A stretch of DNA of 63,103 nucleotides, filler included, from 6 parts of 6 records of this genome joined end to end with filler, not necessarily neighbours in it; one strand, 5' to 3'; positions 29,121 through 40,473 are shown, numbered from the whole stretch's first letter. The notes: a model not told the origin generated them from the letters alone. Numbers and translations: made by a program.

Positions 29121-30287
29121 ATGAGAGTATATTTAGATAACAATGCAACAACAAAACTGGATAAAGAGGCTTTAAATGCAATGTTACCTTTCTTAGAGGA
29201 GCATTACGGAAACTCTCACAGTATGCATGGTTTCGGTAAAGAGACTGGTAAAGCGCTTAGAGAATCTAGAGAAAAAATAGCAGAATTACTTGGAACAGAT
29301 GCAGATGAGCTAATTTTTACAGCATCCGGAACAGAATCAAATAATATTGCAATTAGAGGTATAGCAAGAGCATACGAGAGAAGAGGAAAACATATTATCA
29401 CTTCTTCTATCGAGCATCCGGCAGTAAAAAACACATGTAAAGATCTTGAGAAATTAGGATATGAAGTAACTTTTTTACCTGTTGATGAAAATGGTGTAGT
29501 AAAATTAGACGAATTAAAAGCAGCAATTAGAAAAGATACAATTTTAATCTCTGTTATGCATGCAAATAATGAGATTGGAACTGTTCAGCCAATTGCAGAA
29601 ATTGGAAAATTGGCAAAAGAACACAGAATAACTTTCCACGTCGATGCAGTTCAAACAGTTGGAAAATTAAAGTTTAACCCTAAAGAGATGGGAATAGATC
29701 TTATGTCATTTTCGGCACATAAATTCTATGGCCCAAAAGGAGTTGCCGGTCTTTTCATTAGAAAAGGTGTAAGAATGGCTAAAACAATTACAGGTGGAGG
29801 ACAAGAGAAGAAACTAAGACCTGGAACATCAAATGTTGCTTCAATAGTCGGAATGACAAAAGCTCTAGAATTAGCTTATGAGAACATTGATGAAGAGTAC
29901 ACAAAAGAGAAGGAATTAAGAGATTATTTCGAAGCAGAAGTAGAAAAACAAGTTCCTGAAATTATAATAAATGCAAAAGGTGCAGACAGATTACCTGGAA
30001 CATCAAGTATAACTTTTAAATATTTAGAAGGAGAATCAATTTTATTGACACTTGATTACAAAGGAATTGCTGTGAGTTCCGGCTCAGCATGTTCATCAGA
30101 TGACCTAAGTGCATCACATGTATTGCTTGCAATTGGTTTAGATGTAGGAACAGCACATGGAACTATCAGATTCAGTATAGGTAAATTCAATACTAAAGAA
30201 GAGATTGAATATGTAATTCAGGAAATCCCGGCAGTAATTGAAAGACTTAGAATGATGTCGCCTTTATGGAATGAGTTTAAAGGATAA
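29121..30287 (+). CDS. iscS: Cysteine desulfurase (IscS/NifS group I)
   Basis: YLDNNATT, HVDAVQ, SAHKFYGPKG, SSGSAC. Confidence 0.94.
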   Translation: MRVYLDNNATTKLDKEALNAMLPFLEEHYGNSHSMHGFGKETGKALRESREKIAELLGTDADELIFTASGTESNNIAIRGIARAYERRGKHIITSSIEHPAVKNTCKDLEKLGYEVTFLPVDENGVVKLDELKAAIRKDTILISVMHANNEIGTVQPIAEIGKLAKEHRITFHVDAVQTVGKLKFNPKEMGIDLMSFSAHKFYGPKGVAGLFIRKGVRMAKTITGGGQEKKLRPGTSNVASIVGMTKALELAYENIDEEYTKEKELRDYFEAEVEKQVPEIIINAKGADRLPGTSSITFKYLEGESILLTLDYKGIAVSSGSACSSDDLSASHVLLAIGLDVGTAHGTIRFSIGKFNTKEEIEYVIQEIPAVIERLRMMSPLWNEFKG

Positions 30288-30387
30288 ATTAGAGAAAAAA
30301 TAATAGATGAAGTTTTATATGAACTTGAATCATATTAAAGCTTCTTGGATAAAATATAAATTTAAAAATTTAAGGAGTGGAAGGAAA

Positions 30388-30759
30388 ATGGAATATTCAG
30401 AAAAAGTAATGGAACATTTTATGAATCCAAAAAATGTAGGAGTAATTGAAAATCCTGATGGATATGGTAAAATCGGAAATGCATCATGTGGAGATATGAT
30501 GGAAATTTTCTTAAAAATAGAAGATGGAATTATTAAAGATGTAAAATTTAGAACATTCGGATGTGCATCTGCAATAGCTACTTCGTCAATTTCAACAGAA
30601 ATGATCCTAAATAAAAAAGTGGAAGAAGCAATGCAAGTTACAAATAAAGCTGTAGCGGAAGCTCTTGACGGACTTCCGGCTCAAAAAATGCACTGCTCGG
30701 TTTTAGCTGAAGATGCAATTAAAGCAGCAATTGAAGACTATTATAGTAAACAAGCATAA
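30388..30759 (+). CDS. iscU: Fe-S scaffold protein (IscU/NifU N-terminal type)
   Basis: GNASCGD, FRTFGC, LPAQKMHCS; AAGGA RBS before ATG 30388. Confidence 0.92.
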   Translation: MEYSEKVMEHFMNPKNVGVIENPDGYGKIGNASCGDMMEIFLKIEDGIIKDVKFRTFGCASAIATSSISTEMILNKKVEEAMQVTNKAVAEALDGLPAQKMHCSVLAEDAIKAAIEDYYSKQA

Positions 30760-30770
30760 TAATTTTATAT

Positions 30771-30807
30771 AAAAAATGAGTGCCATATGGTACTCATTTT
30801 TTATTTT
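30771..30807 (+). terminator. Rho-independent terminator
   Basis: AAAAAATGAGT/ACTCATTTTTT stem. Confidence 0.8.
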
Positions 30808-30977
30808 AAGAGATAAATCTTTAAAGAAGAGTAACTGTTATTCAATTTCTTGTGTTTTTTCGCTAAATATAATATAATAAAGAAGCTTTGTATAATAATT
30901 ATAAAGAAAAATTGATAAATAAAATGGTGAGAAATATTTGAAATGAGAATTTGGTTTTTAATTTTGGAGGTAAGAGT

Positions 30978-32117
30978 TTGAAGAAATATATCCTAAGTTT
31001 ATTAATAGTTATCACTTTTGCTTTTAGTTATTCCGAGAATAACTATATTGCGAAAATAGCTGTTGATGAAAATGGAAATGTACTAGAGGGAGAAAATATC
31101 CAATTACAACATCCCCTTGCATCAATTACTAAAGTGATGAATGCGCTTGTAGTAGTTGATCTTCTTAGAGAGGGAGATGTCAATCTTGATGATGAGGTTA
31201 CTATCTCAAAAAAAGCAGCAGCTGTTAGAGGGAGTAGAATTTCACTAAGAGCTGGAGAGATAATAAGTTTAGAGGATTTATTAATAGCAACTCTTGTTTA
31301 TTCGGCAAATAATGCAGCATATGCAATGGGAGAATATATAGCTCAGACAGAAGATGATTTTGTTAGATTGATGAATCTTAAAGCTGAAGAGATTGGATTA
31401 AAATATACGGAATACCATACGTCTACCGGTTTACCACCAAGTATGACAGGTAAGGATATGGATCTGTCATCAGCATATGACGTTGCAAAACTATCAGTTT
31501 ACTGTCTTGATTATCCTGAAATTTTGGAGATTTCATCACTTCAGAAAACATATATTAAAAACGGAAAAATGAGAATCTTTAGTAGAAATAAACTCTTAAG
31601 TGAAGAGAAAGGAATTGATGGTCTTAAAACAGGTCATCATGATTCAGCCGGTTATAATATATCAGTAACGTCTGATAGAAATAATCTAAGAATTATTTCT
31701 GTAATTCTTGGAGCACCAACAGAAAAAATCAGAGACAAAGAAGCTGAAAAATTAATGGATTATGTATATGATAATTTTGAAAAAAGAAGAATTATCTCTC
31801 AAGGTGATTTTGTAATAGATGCCAAAGTTGATGGTGGAAAAGAGAGAAAAATAAAACTTTATGCAGCTAGAGATATAGAAGTAATAATTAATAGAAATTG
31901 GAAACTAGATAAAACTGTCTATCTTCCAGATAATATTTTTGCACCAATATCTAAAGCTGAGAAGCTTGGAATTTATGCAGTTACACATGAAAATCAGGAT
32001 ATTGGAAAAATAGAACTTGTAACTCGACATAATATGAAAAAAGGGAACTGGATTGATGAAGTTAAGAAAAGATTTTATGATGCCAGAGAACTTGAATTGA
32101 ACTTAGAGAACGAATAG
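30978..32117 (+). CDS. D-alanyl-D-alanine carboxypeptidase (peptidase S11)
   Basis: SITK (SxxK), SAN (SxN), KTG; signal peptide; GGAGG RBS before TTG. Confidence 0.93.
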   Translation: MKKYILSLLIVITFAFSYSENNYIAKIAVDENGNVLEGENIQLQHPLASITKVMNALVVVDLLREGDVNLDDEVTISKKAAAVRGSRISLRAGEIISLEDLLIATLVYSANNAAYAMGEYIAQTEDDFVRLMNLKAEEIGLKYTEYHTSTGLPPSMTGKDMDLSSAYDVAKLSVYCLDYPEILEISSLQKTYIKNGKMRIFSRNKLLSEEKGIDGLKTGHHDSAGYNISVTSDRNNLRIISVILGAPTEKIRDKEAEKLMDYVYDNFEKRRIISQGDFVIDAKVDGGKERKIKLYAARDIEVIINRNWKLDKTVYLPDNIFAPISKAEKLGIYAVTHENQDIGKIELVTRHNMKKGNWIDEVKKRFYDARELELNLENE

Positions 32118-32152
32118 ACAGCTTGCGGCAGAACTGTCGCAGCTGTTATTTT
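32118..32152 (+). terminator. Probable terminator
   Basis: ACAGCT.GCGGCAG/CTGTCGC.AGCTGT stem with T-rich tail. Confidence 0.6.
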
Positions 32153-32233
32153 ATATATTAGAAAAATATAAATTAGCAACTTCTAAATTAAGCTAAAAAA
32201 TATTTTATATTAAAGATTAAGGAGAAATTTTAT

Positions 32234-32920
32234 ATGTATATATTGGGAATAGAGACGTCTTGCGATGAAACTTCAATAGCGGTTTTAAAAGACGGAAAAG
32301 AGATGTTATCAAACGTTATCTCTTCACAAATAGAGATTCATAAAGAGTATGGAGGTGTTGTACCTGAGATTGCCTCTAGACATCATATTAAAAACATAGC
32401 TGCAATATTGGATGAGAGTTTGAATGAAGCGGGAATAACACTTGATGAAATTGATCATATAGCAGTTACATATGCTCCTGGTTTAATTGGAGCGTTATTA
32501 GTTGGAATATCTTTTGCAAAGGCGCTTTCTTATGCGAATAATATTCCCTTAATACCGGTTCATCATATTAAAGGGCATATTTATTCTAATTTTATAGATA
32601 ATGATATTGAGCTACCTGCAATAGCCTTGATTGTTTCAGGAGGTCACACGAATATAGTTCATATTGATGAAGAGCATAAATTTACAAACCTTGGTGGAAC
32701 TTTAGATGACGCTGTAGGAGAGAGTTATGACAAAGTTGCAAGAGTACTTGGACTTGGATACCCGGGAGGACCTGTAATTGATAAATTAGCTAAAGAGGGA
32801 GATCCAAACTCACTTAAGATTACTGAGCCAAGAGTAGGAGAGTATGACTTTAGTTTTTCGGGTATAAAAACAGCAGTAATAAATTATGTCAATAAAATGA
32901 GAATGAAAAAATTAGAGATA
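32234..32920 (+). CDS. tsaD: tRNA threonylcarbamoyltransferase TsaD (3' truncated)
   Basis: GIETSCDET, GGVVPEIASR, HHIKGH, SGGHT, DDAVGE, FSFSG. Confidence 0.96.
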
Positions 32921-33020
32921 NNNNNNNNNNNNNNNNNNNNNNNNNNNNNNNNNNNNNNNNNNNNTTAATTAATTAANNNNNNNNNNNNNNNNNNNNNNNN
33001 NNNNNNNNNNNNNNNNNNNN
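32921..33020. other. Artificial contig linker
   Basis: N-run, TTAATTAATTAA, N-run. Confidence 0.99.
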
Positions 33021-33115
33021 TAAACATCTCCTGATTCAATATAAACAATAGGTTGAAAAGCAAAATCTGTTTCTGAAGCTAGTTTGAAAATATCCATATC
33101 AACCCCCTAAAAATA

Positions 33116-35047
33116 TTAATAGTGCATTTTTAAACTGCCATAAAAAACAGGCTCGCCTTTTATCGTGGTCATTGCATCGTCTAAATGCTCAATATCCTGA
33201 CCAAGCAGATTCCCGGCTTTAAAAGAAAGCTGATAAGTTTTATCGTATGTGACCTGAACTCCTAAAGAAAGCATTTGAAAATCATTAAGTTCAGTTATAT
33301 ATCCCTCTTCATTATCACGATCTGCTCCTTGTGCAGGTTTCCAGCTCCAGGCTTTTCTGTCAAAAGCTCCGATAAATGAGAAAAACCCACCAACCTGCCA
33401 TTTCGGAGTTATATCTTTTTTAGCATTCAGAGAAACGTTGACTGAATGTCCTGGACGGAATCTGAGTTCTCTTCCCGTATCTCTATCCTCATTTCCAGAG
33501 TAGCTGTAGCCTGCTTTAAGACAGATCCATTCGACAGGAGTCCATTTTGAACTGAATTCAACTCCATAAACAAAAGCTTTTATAAGATTTTCCCTTCTCC
33601 AGACATCAATAGTTGGATCCTGATCCCATGAACCCTGATATTGAGGAGTTATAAAATTATCAATTATACTGAGATGTCCATTCACAAAAAATTCAAGCGT
33701 CTTATGTGGGCTGTACTCTACACTTAACGAAAACGCAGTACTGTATTCAGGTTTAAGATCCTCGTTACCAAAACGATATGCAGTCCCTCCGTGACCGTAA
33801 CCTTCTTCATAAAGTTCCTGGACAGAAGGAGCATGAAATCCTCTGGAGAAAGCAAACCTTAGCTTTAAGTCTTCAATTGGTTTATACATTAAGGCAAGCT
33901 TTGGAGAAAAAACCGGAGTAAGTCCTTCAGGAATATCCAGTCTTAAAGAAAGTGAAACACGCCACTGGTCAGTTATTTTGAGAGCATCGTGAGCAAAAAC
34001 GCCAAACATCCCCTGATCTTTTAATCCATCAATGCCCGTTCTCTTAAACCAGCTGTGGCGATAATCAACACCGAAGTTAAGAAGATTTCTGCCTTTAAAT
34101 CCTCTCCAGGAGGTATAAAGCTTAGGAATAAAAAGTCTGTTTTTTTCCGTACTTGTTTCCGATGCCCAGTCGGCGTACTCCAAAGAGCTGTTAAGTGACC
34201 AGTCTTTGTTAAATTTTATCTTTGCTTTTCCACTTGGCATAATAAGGCGGCTGTAAGCTCTTTCCCCTTTAAACTCCATACGGTTTGAGAAAAAACTACC
34301 GTTAAGATCTGCACTAAACCATGAGATAGGGTCAAGTCTGACTGTATTTATAAGAGATATCTTATTATAACCTTCGTTATCAACTCTATGAACTGGTGAT
34401 ATTAAAGGAATTCCGTCACTTCTTTCAACATCTGCAAATAGAGACAAAACTGTCTTTTTGCCTAGCGGTGTAGTCAATTTTCCTCCTGCATTCATAGTCT
34501 TATATGAACCGTAAGTTCCATAAGCTTTTCCTTTTGGCTTTTTAGTTTTTTTAAATGTTATAATATTTATTACTCCTCCAATTGCATCACTTCCGTACTG
34601 GGCGGAAGCCGCAGATTTTATTATCTCAATTCTTTCAATACTTTCAGGCGGGATCATATCAATATTCTGTCCCGTATGTATGTGCTCTGAAAGAAGTCGT
34701 GCACCATTTAAAAGAACGAGAACATAATTGGCTGGAAGACCGTTTATTGAGGCGACTCCTCTTTTGGGAAAACCGCTTCCAGTTCCTGTTTCCATAAAAA
34801 CTCCTGAAACTTTTTCAAGGATTTCCGTTGTTGAATTTACCTGAAGACTTTTAATCTCCTCAGCAGTTACAACTGTAACAATTTCAGGACTGTCTTTCTG
34901 ATAAACAGGGTCATGGTCTGGCGTTACTATTATTGTTATTTTAGCAACCGGGTTGCTCTTTTTCTGCTCTTTTTCTTTTTTTTCTTCAGCAAACAAATTA
35001 ACTGTAAGAAATACCACTAAAATAAGTACGAGAACATCCTTCATCAT
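33116..35047 (-). CDS. TonB-dependent outer-membrane receptor (CirA/BtuB-like)
   Basis: Signal peptide from ATG 35047; plug motif IERIEIIKSAASAQYGSDAIGGVINI; GNEDLKPE; terminal aromatic residue. Confidence 0.92.
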   Translation of the reverse strand: MMKDVLVLILVVFLTVNLFAEEKKEKEQKKSNPVAKITIIVTPDHDPVYQKDSPEIVTVVTAEEIKSLQVNSTTEILEKVSGVFMETGTGSGFPKRGVASINGLPANYVLVLLNGARLLSEHIHTGQNIDMIPPESIERIEIIKSAASAQYGSDAIGGVINIITFKKTKKPKGKAYGTYGSYKTMNAGGKLTTPLGKKTVLSLFADVERSDGIPLISPVHRVDNEGYNKISLINTVRLDPISWFSADLNGSFFSNRMEFKGERAYSRLIMPSGKAKIKFNKDWSLNSSLEYADWASETSTEKNRLFIPKLYTSWRGFKGRNLLNFGVDYRHSWFKRTGIDGLKDQGMFGVFAHDALKITDQWRVSLSLRLDIPEGLTPVFSPKLALMYKPIEDLKLRFAFSRGFHAPSVQELYEEGYGHGGTAYRFGNEDLKPEYSTAFSLSVEYSPHKTLEFFVNGHLSIIDNFITPQYQGSWDQDPTIDVWRRENLIKAFVYGVEFSSKWTPVEWICLKAGYSYSGNEDRDTGRELRFRPGHSVNVSLNAKKDITPKWQVGGFFSFIGAFDRKAWSWKPAQGADRDNEEGYITELNDFQMLSLGVQVTYDKTYQLSFKAGNLLGQDIEHLDDAMTTIKGEPVFYGSLKMHY

Positions 35048-35402
35048 TTTTTCCTTAATTTTTATTAAAATAAATTCCATTTCCTGTTTCAGCAGATCCT
35101 GAGTTTTCTCCAACATTTTCAAACTCTTTTTCAGGGCTGTGATTCCGTTCACAGGAAAAGAACAGAAAAAAAGCGAGGCCGATAACATAAAAACATCTTT
35201 TATAAAACATTGATCTTCCTAATTTTCTTAGTTCTACTCAAAAAACCAGAAACAGAATAAGAGCTGAATGTTAGGTATTGTTTACTGTTAGATTAATTCT
35301 TCATTTATAAAAAGCTTTTTCAATCGCATAATTAATATTCTTCTCACGACTAATTAACAAACACAAATACAATTTGGACAACTCTTTTTCTGTGAGGTAA
35401 AA

Positions 35403-37007
35403 ATGAAGTCTTTTATAGCTATTACTTTTCTTGCTCTCCTTCTTTCCTGTGAAAGAGAAAACCTGCCAGAAGCATCAAAAAACGATGAAAATGCTGAAAT
35501 TAAAGATGAAAACCTAGAAATCCCTGATGAATCAATTGACACTAATGAAGCTGTTGACGATCTCTTAGACACAAATGAGATCTCTGACTTTGTGAACGAT
35601 AAAGACACTCTCTTTGATGATGTAGATGAAATTCCAGATGAAGAACCTGTTAATTTTTGCCAGCTTGATCCGCAGGAATTTGATGCCGGTGTTTTAAGCA
35701 CCACAGACTATGAATCAATAGAGTATGACAACGGTCTTTTCCCAATGACTGTTCAGGCAGGAAGTATGGAATCAGACAGCGTTATTCTCTGGGGGTATAC
35801 AGAAGATAATACTGAAAAAACACTTTTCGTCTGGAGAGAGGGTATCCTTCCAAATGAAAATATTGAGATTTTTAAAGAGACCGTCGAACCTGTTGACGGG
35901 TACATGAAAATCAAGGTCAAAGGACTTGCTCCCGGAACATGGTATAAATATACGTTTATTCATTTTGATGAAGGGACTCCTAAAAAACGTACGTTCATTG
36001 GCAATTTCAAAACAGCGATACACGCTGAATGCCTAGAAGCAGTAATAATTACAGGAACTCATGGAACTAATTTCAAACATGACTACACCGCTTTGGGGCT
36101 TTCAAAATCATTTAATGCCGACTTTTTTGTTCAGCTTGGAGATTTTGCATATAACGATGAATGTGAATCAACGGAGGATTTTAGAAACAACTGGTTAAAG
36201 ACTCTTTCTACAACAGAATATACTGAAATCCTTCCTGATCTTGGACAGTATCTCGTCTGGGATGATCATGAGGTTGAAGACAATGCAGATTATGAGCCGA
36301 GTCTTAAAAAAGATCTTGATAAAGTTCACAGAGGACTTAACGCATGGTTTGAATCGGTACCTGTTGAAAAAAGAAAAGATGTTGAGAACAACTGGGGAAA
36401 TCCAAGTTACTACAGATCATTCAAATGGGGAAAAACTCTGGAGATGTTCATGCTTGACTGCCGAGCTGAAAGAGTTCCTGATTCCCGCTCAGGTAATGAC
36501 CCTATCTATATAAGTAAAAAACAGATGGAATGGTTTAAAGAAGCTCTTCTAAACAGCACTTCGCATTTTAAGGTTATCGCGAACAGCGTTCCTATCGCTC
36601 ATTACGGAGGACTTTGGGACTTTGCATTAAACGACCGTTGGGAAGGGTATGAAGCTCAGAGAACGGAGATACTGAATTTTATAGTGAACAACAACATTAG
36701 AAATGTTGTCTGGTTAAGCGGAGACTTTCATACAGGTAGTGTTGCACCTGTCGATGATCCGGCAACTCCATGGGGAAAAATGTGGGAGATTAACATGGGG
36801 CCTGGAGGAAACACGAATATTCTGGGAGATGCCAGAAAAATTGATAATTTTCTCTGGAACACTGGAAAAATGAATGCGACAGTGATTGTTTTTGATCCGT
36901 TCAAAAATTCAGTTTACGTCAAATATCTTGATCCTGATGACGAAAGCGTAATGTTCGAAGTGGAACTTTTCGGTGAAAACGAACCTCTGAGAAACATGCT
37001 TTTTTAA
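35403..37007 (+). CDS. PhoD-like alkaline phosphatase D family lipoprotein
   Basis: Lipobox LLSC; acidic linker; LGDFAYND, WDDHEV, MLDCR, WEGY, LSGDFH. Confidence 0.88.
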   Translation: MKSFIAITFLALLLSCERENLPEASKNDENAEIKDENLEIPDESIDTNEAVDDLLDTNEISDFVNDKDTLFDDVDEIPDEEPVNFCQLDPQEFDAGVLSTTDYESIEYDNGLFPMTVQAGSMESDSVILWGYTEDNTEKTLFVWREGILPNENIEIFKETVEPVDGYMKIKVKGLAPGTWYKYTFIHFDEGTPKKRTFIGNFKTAIHAECLEAVIITGTHGTNFKHDYTALGLSKSFNADFFVQLGDFAYNDECESTEDFRNNWLKTLSTTEYTEILPDLGQYLVWDDHEVEDNADYEPSLKKDLDKVHRGLNAWFESVPVEKRKDVENNWGNPSYYRSFKWGKTLEMFMLDCRAERVPDSRSGNDPIYISKKQMEWFKEALLNSTSHFKVIANSVPIAHYGGLWDFALNDRWEGYEAQRTEILNFIVNNNIRNVVWLSGDFHTGSVAPVDDPATPWGKMWEINMGPGGNTNILGDARKIDNFLWNTGKMNATVIVFDPFKNSVYVKYLDPDDESVMFEVELFGENEPLRNMLF

Positions 37008-37102
37008 CGTCGTATTAACAATTAACTCATAACCCTCTAATAGTAGCAAGTACTCTATTGTTGTGTGTGCTTTTTGATTATTAAACTTTTATTGGAGCAG
37101 TT

Positions 37103-38160
37103 ATGAAAATTAAGTTTCTGGTGCTGATGATAGCACTCATTATTCCGATTGTAGCAGTAGCTCAGGAAAATGATATTGTCGGTGACGATGCTTTTGACAG
37201 TTTTTCAGATACAGAGGATGATGAAGAAAGTTTCGATCAGGAGCCTGAACCTGAAAAAGATACAGATTCAATGCCTGAGAAAAAAGAACATCAAAAGAAG
37301 GAAGAGCTATCAATAGAAACCGTTGAAGAAAAATCTGTTAATGACGCTAAGCCTGAAAATAAAAAGGAAATTGTTCCAAACGGAATTAAAGTCTGGGAAT
37401 GGAATGACATGTACGTCAAGCTCGGTGGATATCTTCAAGCAAGATTTCAACACGTAAATAATGATGAGAATAATGAAGCCGACTCACTTGACAAATTCTA
37501 CCTGAATAAAGCGAGATTGTCTTTCAAAGGTCAGCTTGCATGGTGGAGCCATTTTAAGATTGAATTCGATGTATGGGACTACAAAACCTACTCCATGGTT
37601 CCTGTTGAGGTCTATGCAGGATTTCCACTTATAAGATACTTCAATCTGAAAGCAGGACTAATTAAAGTCCCTATAGTTTATCAAAATATGATGAGCGGTT
37701 CAGGACATCTTTTTGCTGAAAACCCTATGGTTATTTCCGGTCATATTACAAAAACAAAGTCCTCTCATGCCGGACAGAAGAATTTTCCTTCCAAAGATGA
37801 GGGAGTAAGAATTGAAGGAGATATTTTTCCATGGCCGGAGCTATCTGTTTTTAAAAACTGGCCTAAAGGTATCATAAGGTACTACTTGTCAATTACAAAC
37901 GGAGACTCATTTAAAGCTGGCTCATCAAAAAACGAGACGTTCATGTTTGCTTTCAGGGGAGAGCTTAACCCTTTCGGGTACAAAGGAATTAAGGAAAGTG
38001 ATTTCAGCCTGAAGGATCCTTACATGACCTTTGCTTTCAACTATGCAAAGAATATTGATTCAAACTCGAACTATGAAAAAGATAAAGATGCTGAAATGTT
38101 CGGTGTTGACGGATACATGGGATGGATGGGAATAGCTCTTAGCGGAGGCTGGTACTTGTG
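37103..38160 (+). CDS. Porin, phosphate-selective O/P-like (3' truncated)
   Basis: Signal peptide, acidic linker, GGYLQARF, KARLSFKG, AGLIKVP beta-strand motifs. Confidence 0.65.
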
Positions 38161-38260
38161 NNNNNNNNNNNNNNNNNNNNNNNNNNNNNNNNNNNNNNNN
38201 NNNNTTAATTAATTAANNNNNNNNNNNNNNNNNNNNNNNNNNNNNNNNNNNNNNNNNNNN
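38161..38260. other. Artificial contig linker
   Basis: N-run, TTAATTAATTAA, N-run. Confidence 0.99.
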
Positions 38261-38352
38261 CATTTTCAATGTAGTCTACATATTGAATTACAAAGCTTTT
38301 TAAATGTCTTCCGCTGCCGAGCCAAGCTTTGTTCCTTAGGAGGAGGTCGCCC

Positions 38353-39840
38353 TTGTCAGAAACGTCTATATTGGTAGTGGATACTGACAATGAGCACAGG
38401 CAAAACCTGTTAAGCATTCTGGAATCACAGTATTTTAATGTCACTGCCGTAGCAAATTCCATTGAAGCGAGGGCGGTTATGGACGGCCGTCCGCCCGACC
38501 TGGTCATCATGGACGATTCAGTCAAAGGATTGACGCCCATGCAGATGAATGATCTGATCCAGGACAGGGATCTGGACGCTTTTACGATTGTGATATCCGA
38601 AAACGCGGATTTGGAGCATGGAGTAAACCTTATGCTTTCCGGCGTCTTTGCTTTTTTGGCCAAACCCGTGGAATCAGGGGGCATGACGCGGGTCATTAAC
38701 GCCGGCTTGGAAAACAAGGAGGCCTATCACCAGGTTGTATCGCTGGCCAGGGAACTTAAGTCGGCGAACCAGGCTTTGGAAAAGGAAAAAACAGCACTTA
38801 AGGAAAAGACCGACGAGTTGAGGTTTTTGTATGAACTAGGCAATAAACTCAGCACGACGCTTAATGCCAGGGAAATAATATCCATAGTGGGGGAAACTCT
38901 TTCCGGGTTGCTGGGCGCCGACCTGGTGGCGGCCCTGACGATCATTTCCGAAGAGGAGCCTCCACATTTATATACTGATCGCGCCGTTAAGAATGAAGTC
39001 GCCCTTTCGCTTATAAAAAACCTGTCCGAGGCAATGCCTTCAAACCATTTCAGCTTGTTGCCTGATATTTTACCGCATACCGGGTGTAATTCGAAAACAT
39101 CATTGGGCAAAACGCCGCAGCATAAACAGGTAATCAGTTTAAAAGCAGCCGGGCTTGAATGCGGCGTACTTGGAGTTTTTTATTTTAATGAACCTTCGGC
39201 GGACGATCATCGGATGATGATTCTGGACAGCGTGGCTCTCCAGTCGGCCCAGGCTCTTTTCAATGCGTACCAACATGAAACCGCATTAAAGCTGGCTTCC
39301 CACGATCCGTTGACGGGCCTGTTTAACCGCCGCGCCTTTGAAGAAGCATTGAAGCGCGAATTTAAAAGGCTGCTCAGGTATGGTACGGATCTATCATTAA
39401 TAATGATCGATCTCGATCATTTTAAAAAGGTAAACGACCGTTTCGGTCATGCAGCCGGCGATGAAGTCTTAAGGAGCGTGGCCGGGATTATCCGGGAAAA
39501 CGTTCGGTCCACGGATATAATCGCCAGGCTTGGCGGGGAGGAGTTTTCGGTGATTCTGCCTAACACGAGGCAGAACATGGCGTACAAGCTTTCCAAACGT
39601 ATTGAGAAAGCACTCAATAAAACATCTTTACGGGTGGGCAATGTTGAATTAAAACAGACTGTAAGTCAAGGCGTCGCCGACACGCGCACTTCCATTTTAA
39701 GCGATCCCGACGATCTTTTGCGACTGGCCGACAAGGCCATGTACATGGCGAAAGAGGAAGGGAGGAATTGCATACGTAAGGCTACGGACCTTGAAATAAA
39801 AGAATTGGGAAAGGATAATCTTTATGCCTGCCGACAATGA
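38353..39840 (+). CDS. Diguanylate cyclase (REC-GAF-like-GGEEF)
   Basis: HDPLTGLFNR, DLDHFK, RSTD I-site, GGEEF; AGGAGG RBS before TTG 38353. Confidence 0.93.
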   Translation: MSETSILVVDTDNEHRQNLLSILESQYFNVTAVANSIEARAVMDGRPPDLVIMDDSVKGLTPMQMNDLIQDRDLDAFTIVISENADLEHGVNLMLSGVFAFLAKPVESGGMTRVINAGLENKEAYHQVVSLARELKSANQALEKEKTALKEKTDELRFLYELGNKLSTTLNAREIISIVGETLSGLLGADLVAALTIISEEEPPHLYTDRAVKNEVALSLIKNLSEAMPSNHFSLLPDILPHTGCNSKTSLGKTPQHKQVISLKAAGLECGVLGVFYFNEPSADDHRMMILDSVALQSAQALFNAYQHETALKLASHDPLTGLFNRRAFEEALKREFKRLLRYGTDLSLIMIDLDHFKKVNDRFGHAAGDEVLRSVAGIIRENVRSTDIIARLGGEEFSVILPNTRQNMAYKLSKRIEKALNKTSLRVGNVELKQTVSQGVADTRTSILSDPDDLLRLADKAMYMAKEEGRNCIRKATDLEIKELGKDNLYACRQ

Positions 39841-40372
39841 CCGCCGTAGAGAGCTTCGGGTAACCCTGCCGATTCAACTAAGCTTCAACATTCTGGAGTC
39901 GGAAGAAGATTACATTCGGGGACATCATCCCTCTCTTCTGGGAATTGAGTCCGTAAAAAACACAATTGAGCTTGAGGGCCGGGACGATCTGGAAAAATTT
40001 CTGACCTTGATGGATAAGAAGCTGGACCTGATTATTTCGCTCTTAACTGAAAAAATGGAGCGCAAGGAATACGCCTATAGCGCCAAAGTGTTGGACATCA
40101 GCGAATCGGGCATGCGGGTGATGAGCGCTAGCAGGCTTCCGCTAGGGGCGATCCTTGAAATCGGCCTTAACATTCCCGGACAGATGTACAAAACAATAGA
40201 TATTGCCGGCCGGGTAATGTGGGAACTTCCTCCCGAAGAGCACGAGGAAGGCGATGTCTGTATTGCCGGAATAAAATACACAAACATTCAGATGCACGAT
40301 CAGGACGCAATAGTGCATTGGATATTCCAGAGACAGCGTGAGGAAATCAGGAGACAAAGAGAAGAGGAATAA
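39824..40372 (+). CDS. PilZ-domain c-di-GMP receptor
   Basis: RRRELR (RxxxR) and DISESG (DxSxxG). Confidence 0.9.
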   Translation: MPADNDRRRELRVTLPIQLSFNILESEEDYIRGHHPSLLGIESVKNTIELEGRDDLEKFLTLMDKKLDLIISLLTEKMERKEYAYSAKVLDISESGMRVMSASRLPLGAILEIGLNIPGQMYKTIDIAGRVMWELPPEEHEEGDVCIAGIKYTNIQMHDQDAIVHWIFQRQREEIRRQREEE

Positions 40373-40473
40373 TACCGGGGAATCGATTTCAGGCCTTATT
40401 ATCGATTCCTATATGCCTGTCAAGTCCGCCGGACCGAATATCCATTTATAAAATGGGCTAGAAGGAGAATATC

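Noticed and set aside
35048..35400. Cobalamin riboswitch before the TonB receptor
   Set aside because: No GGGAA, CCCGCAACTGT or B12-box consensus visible
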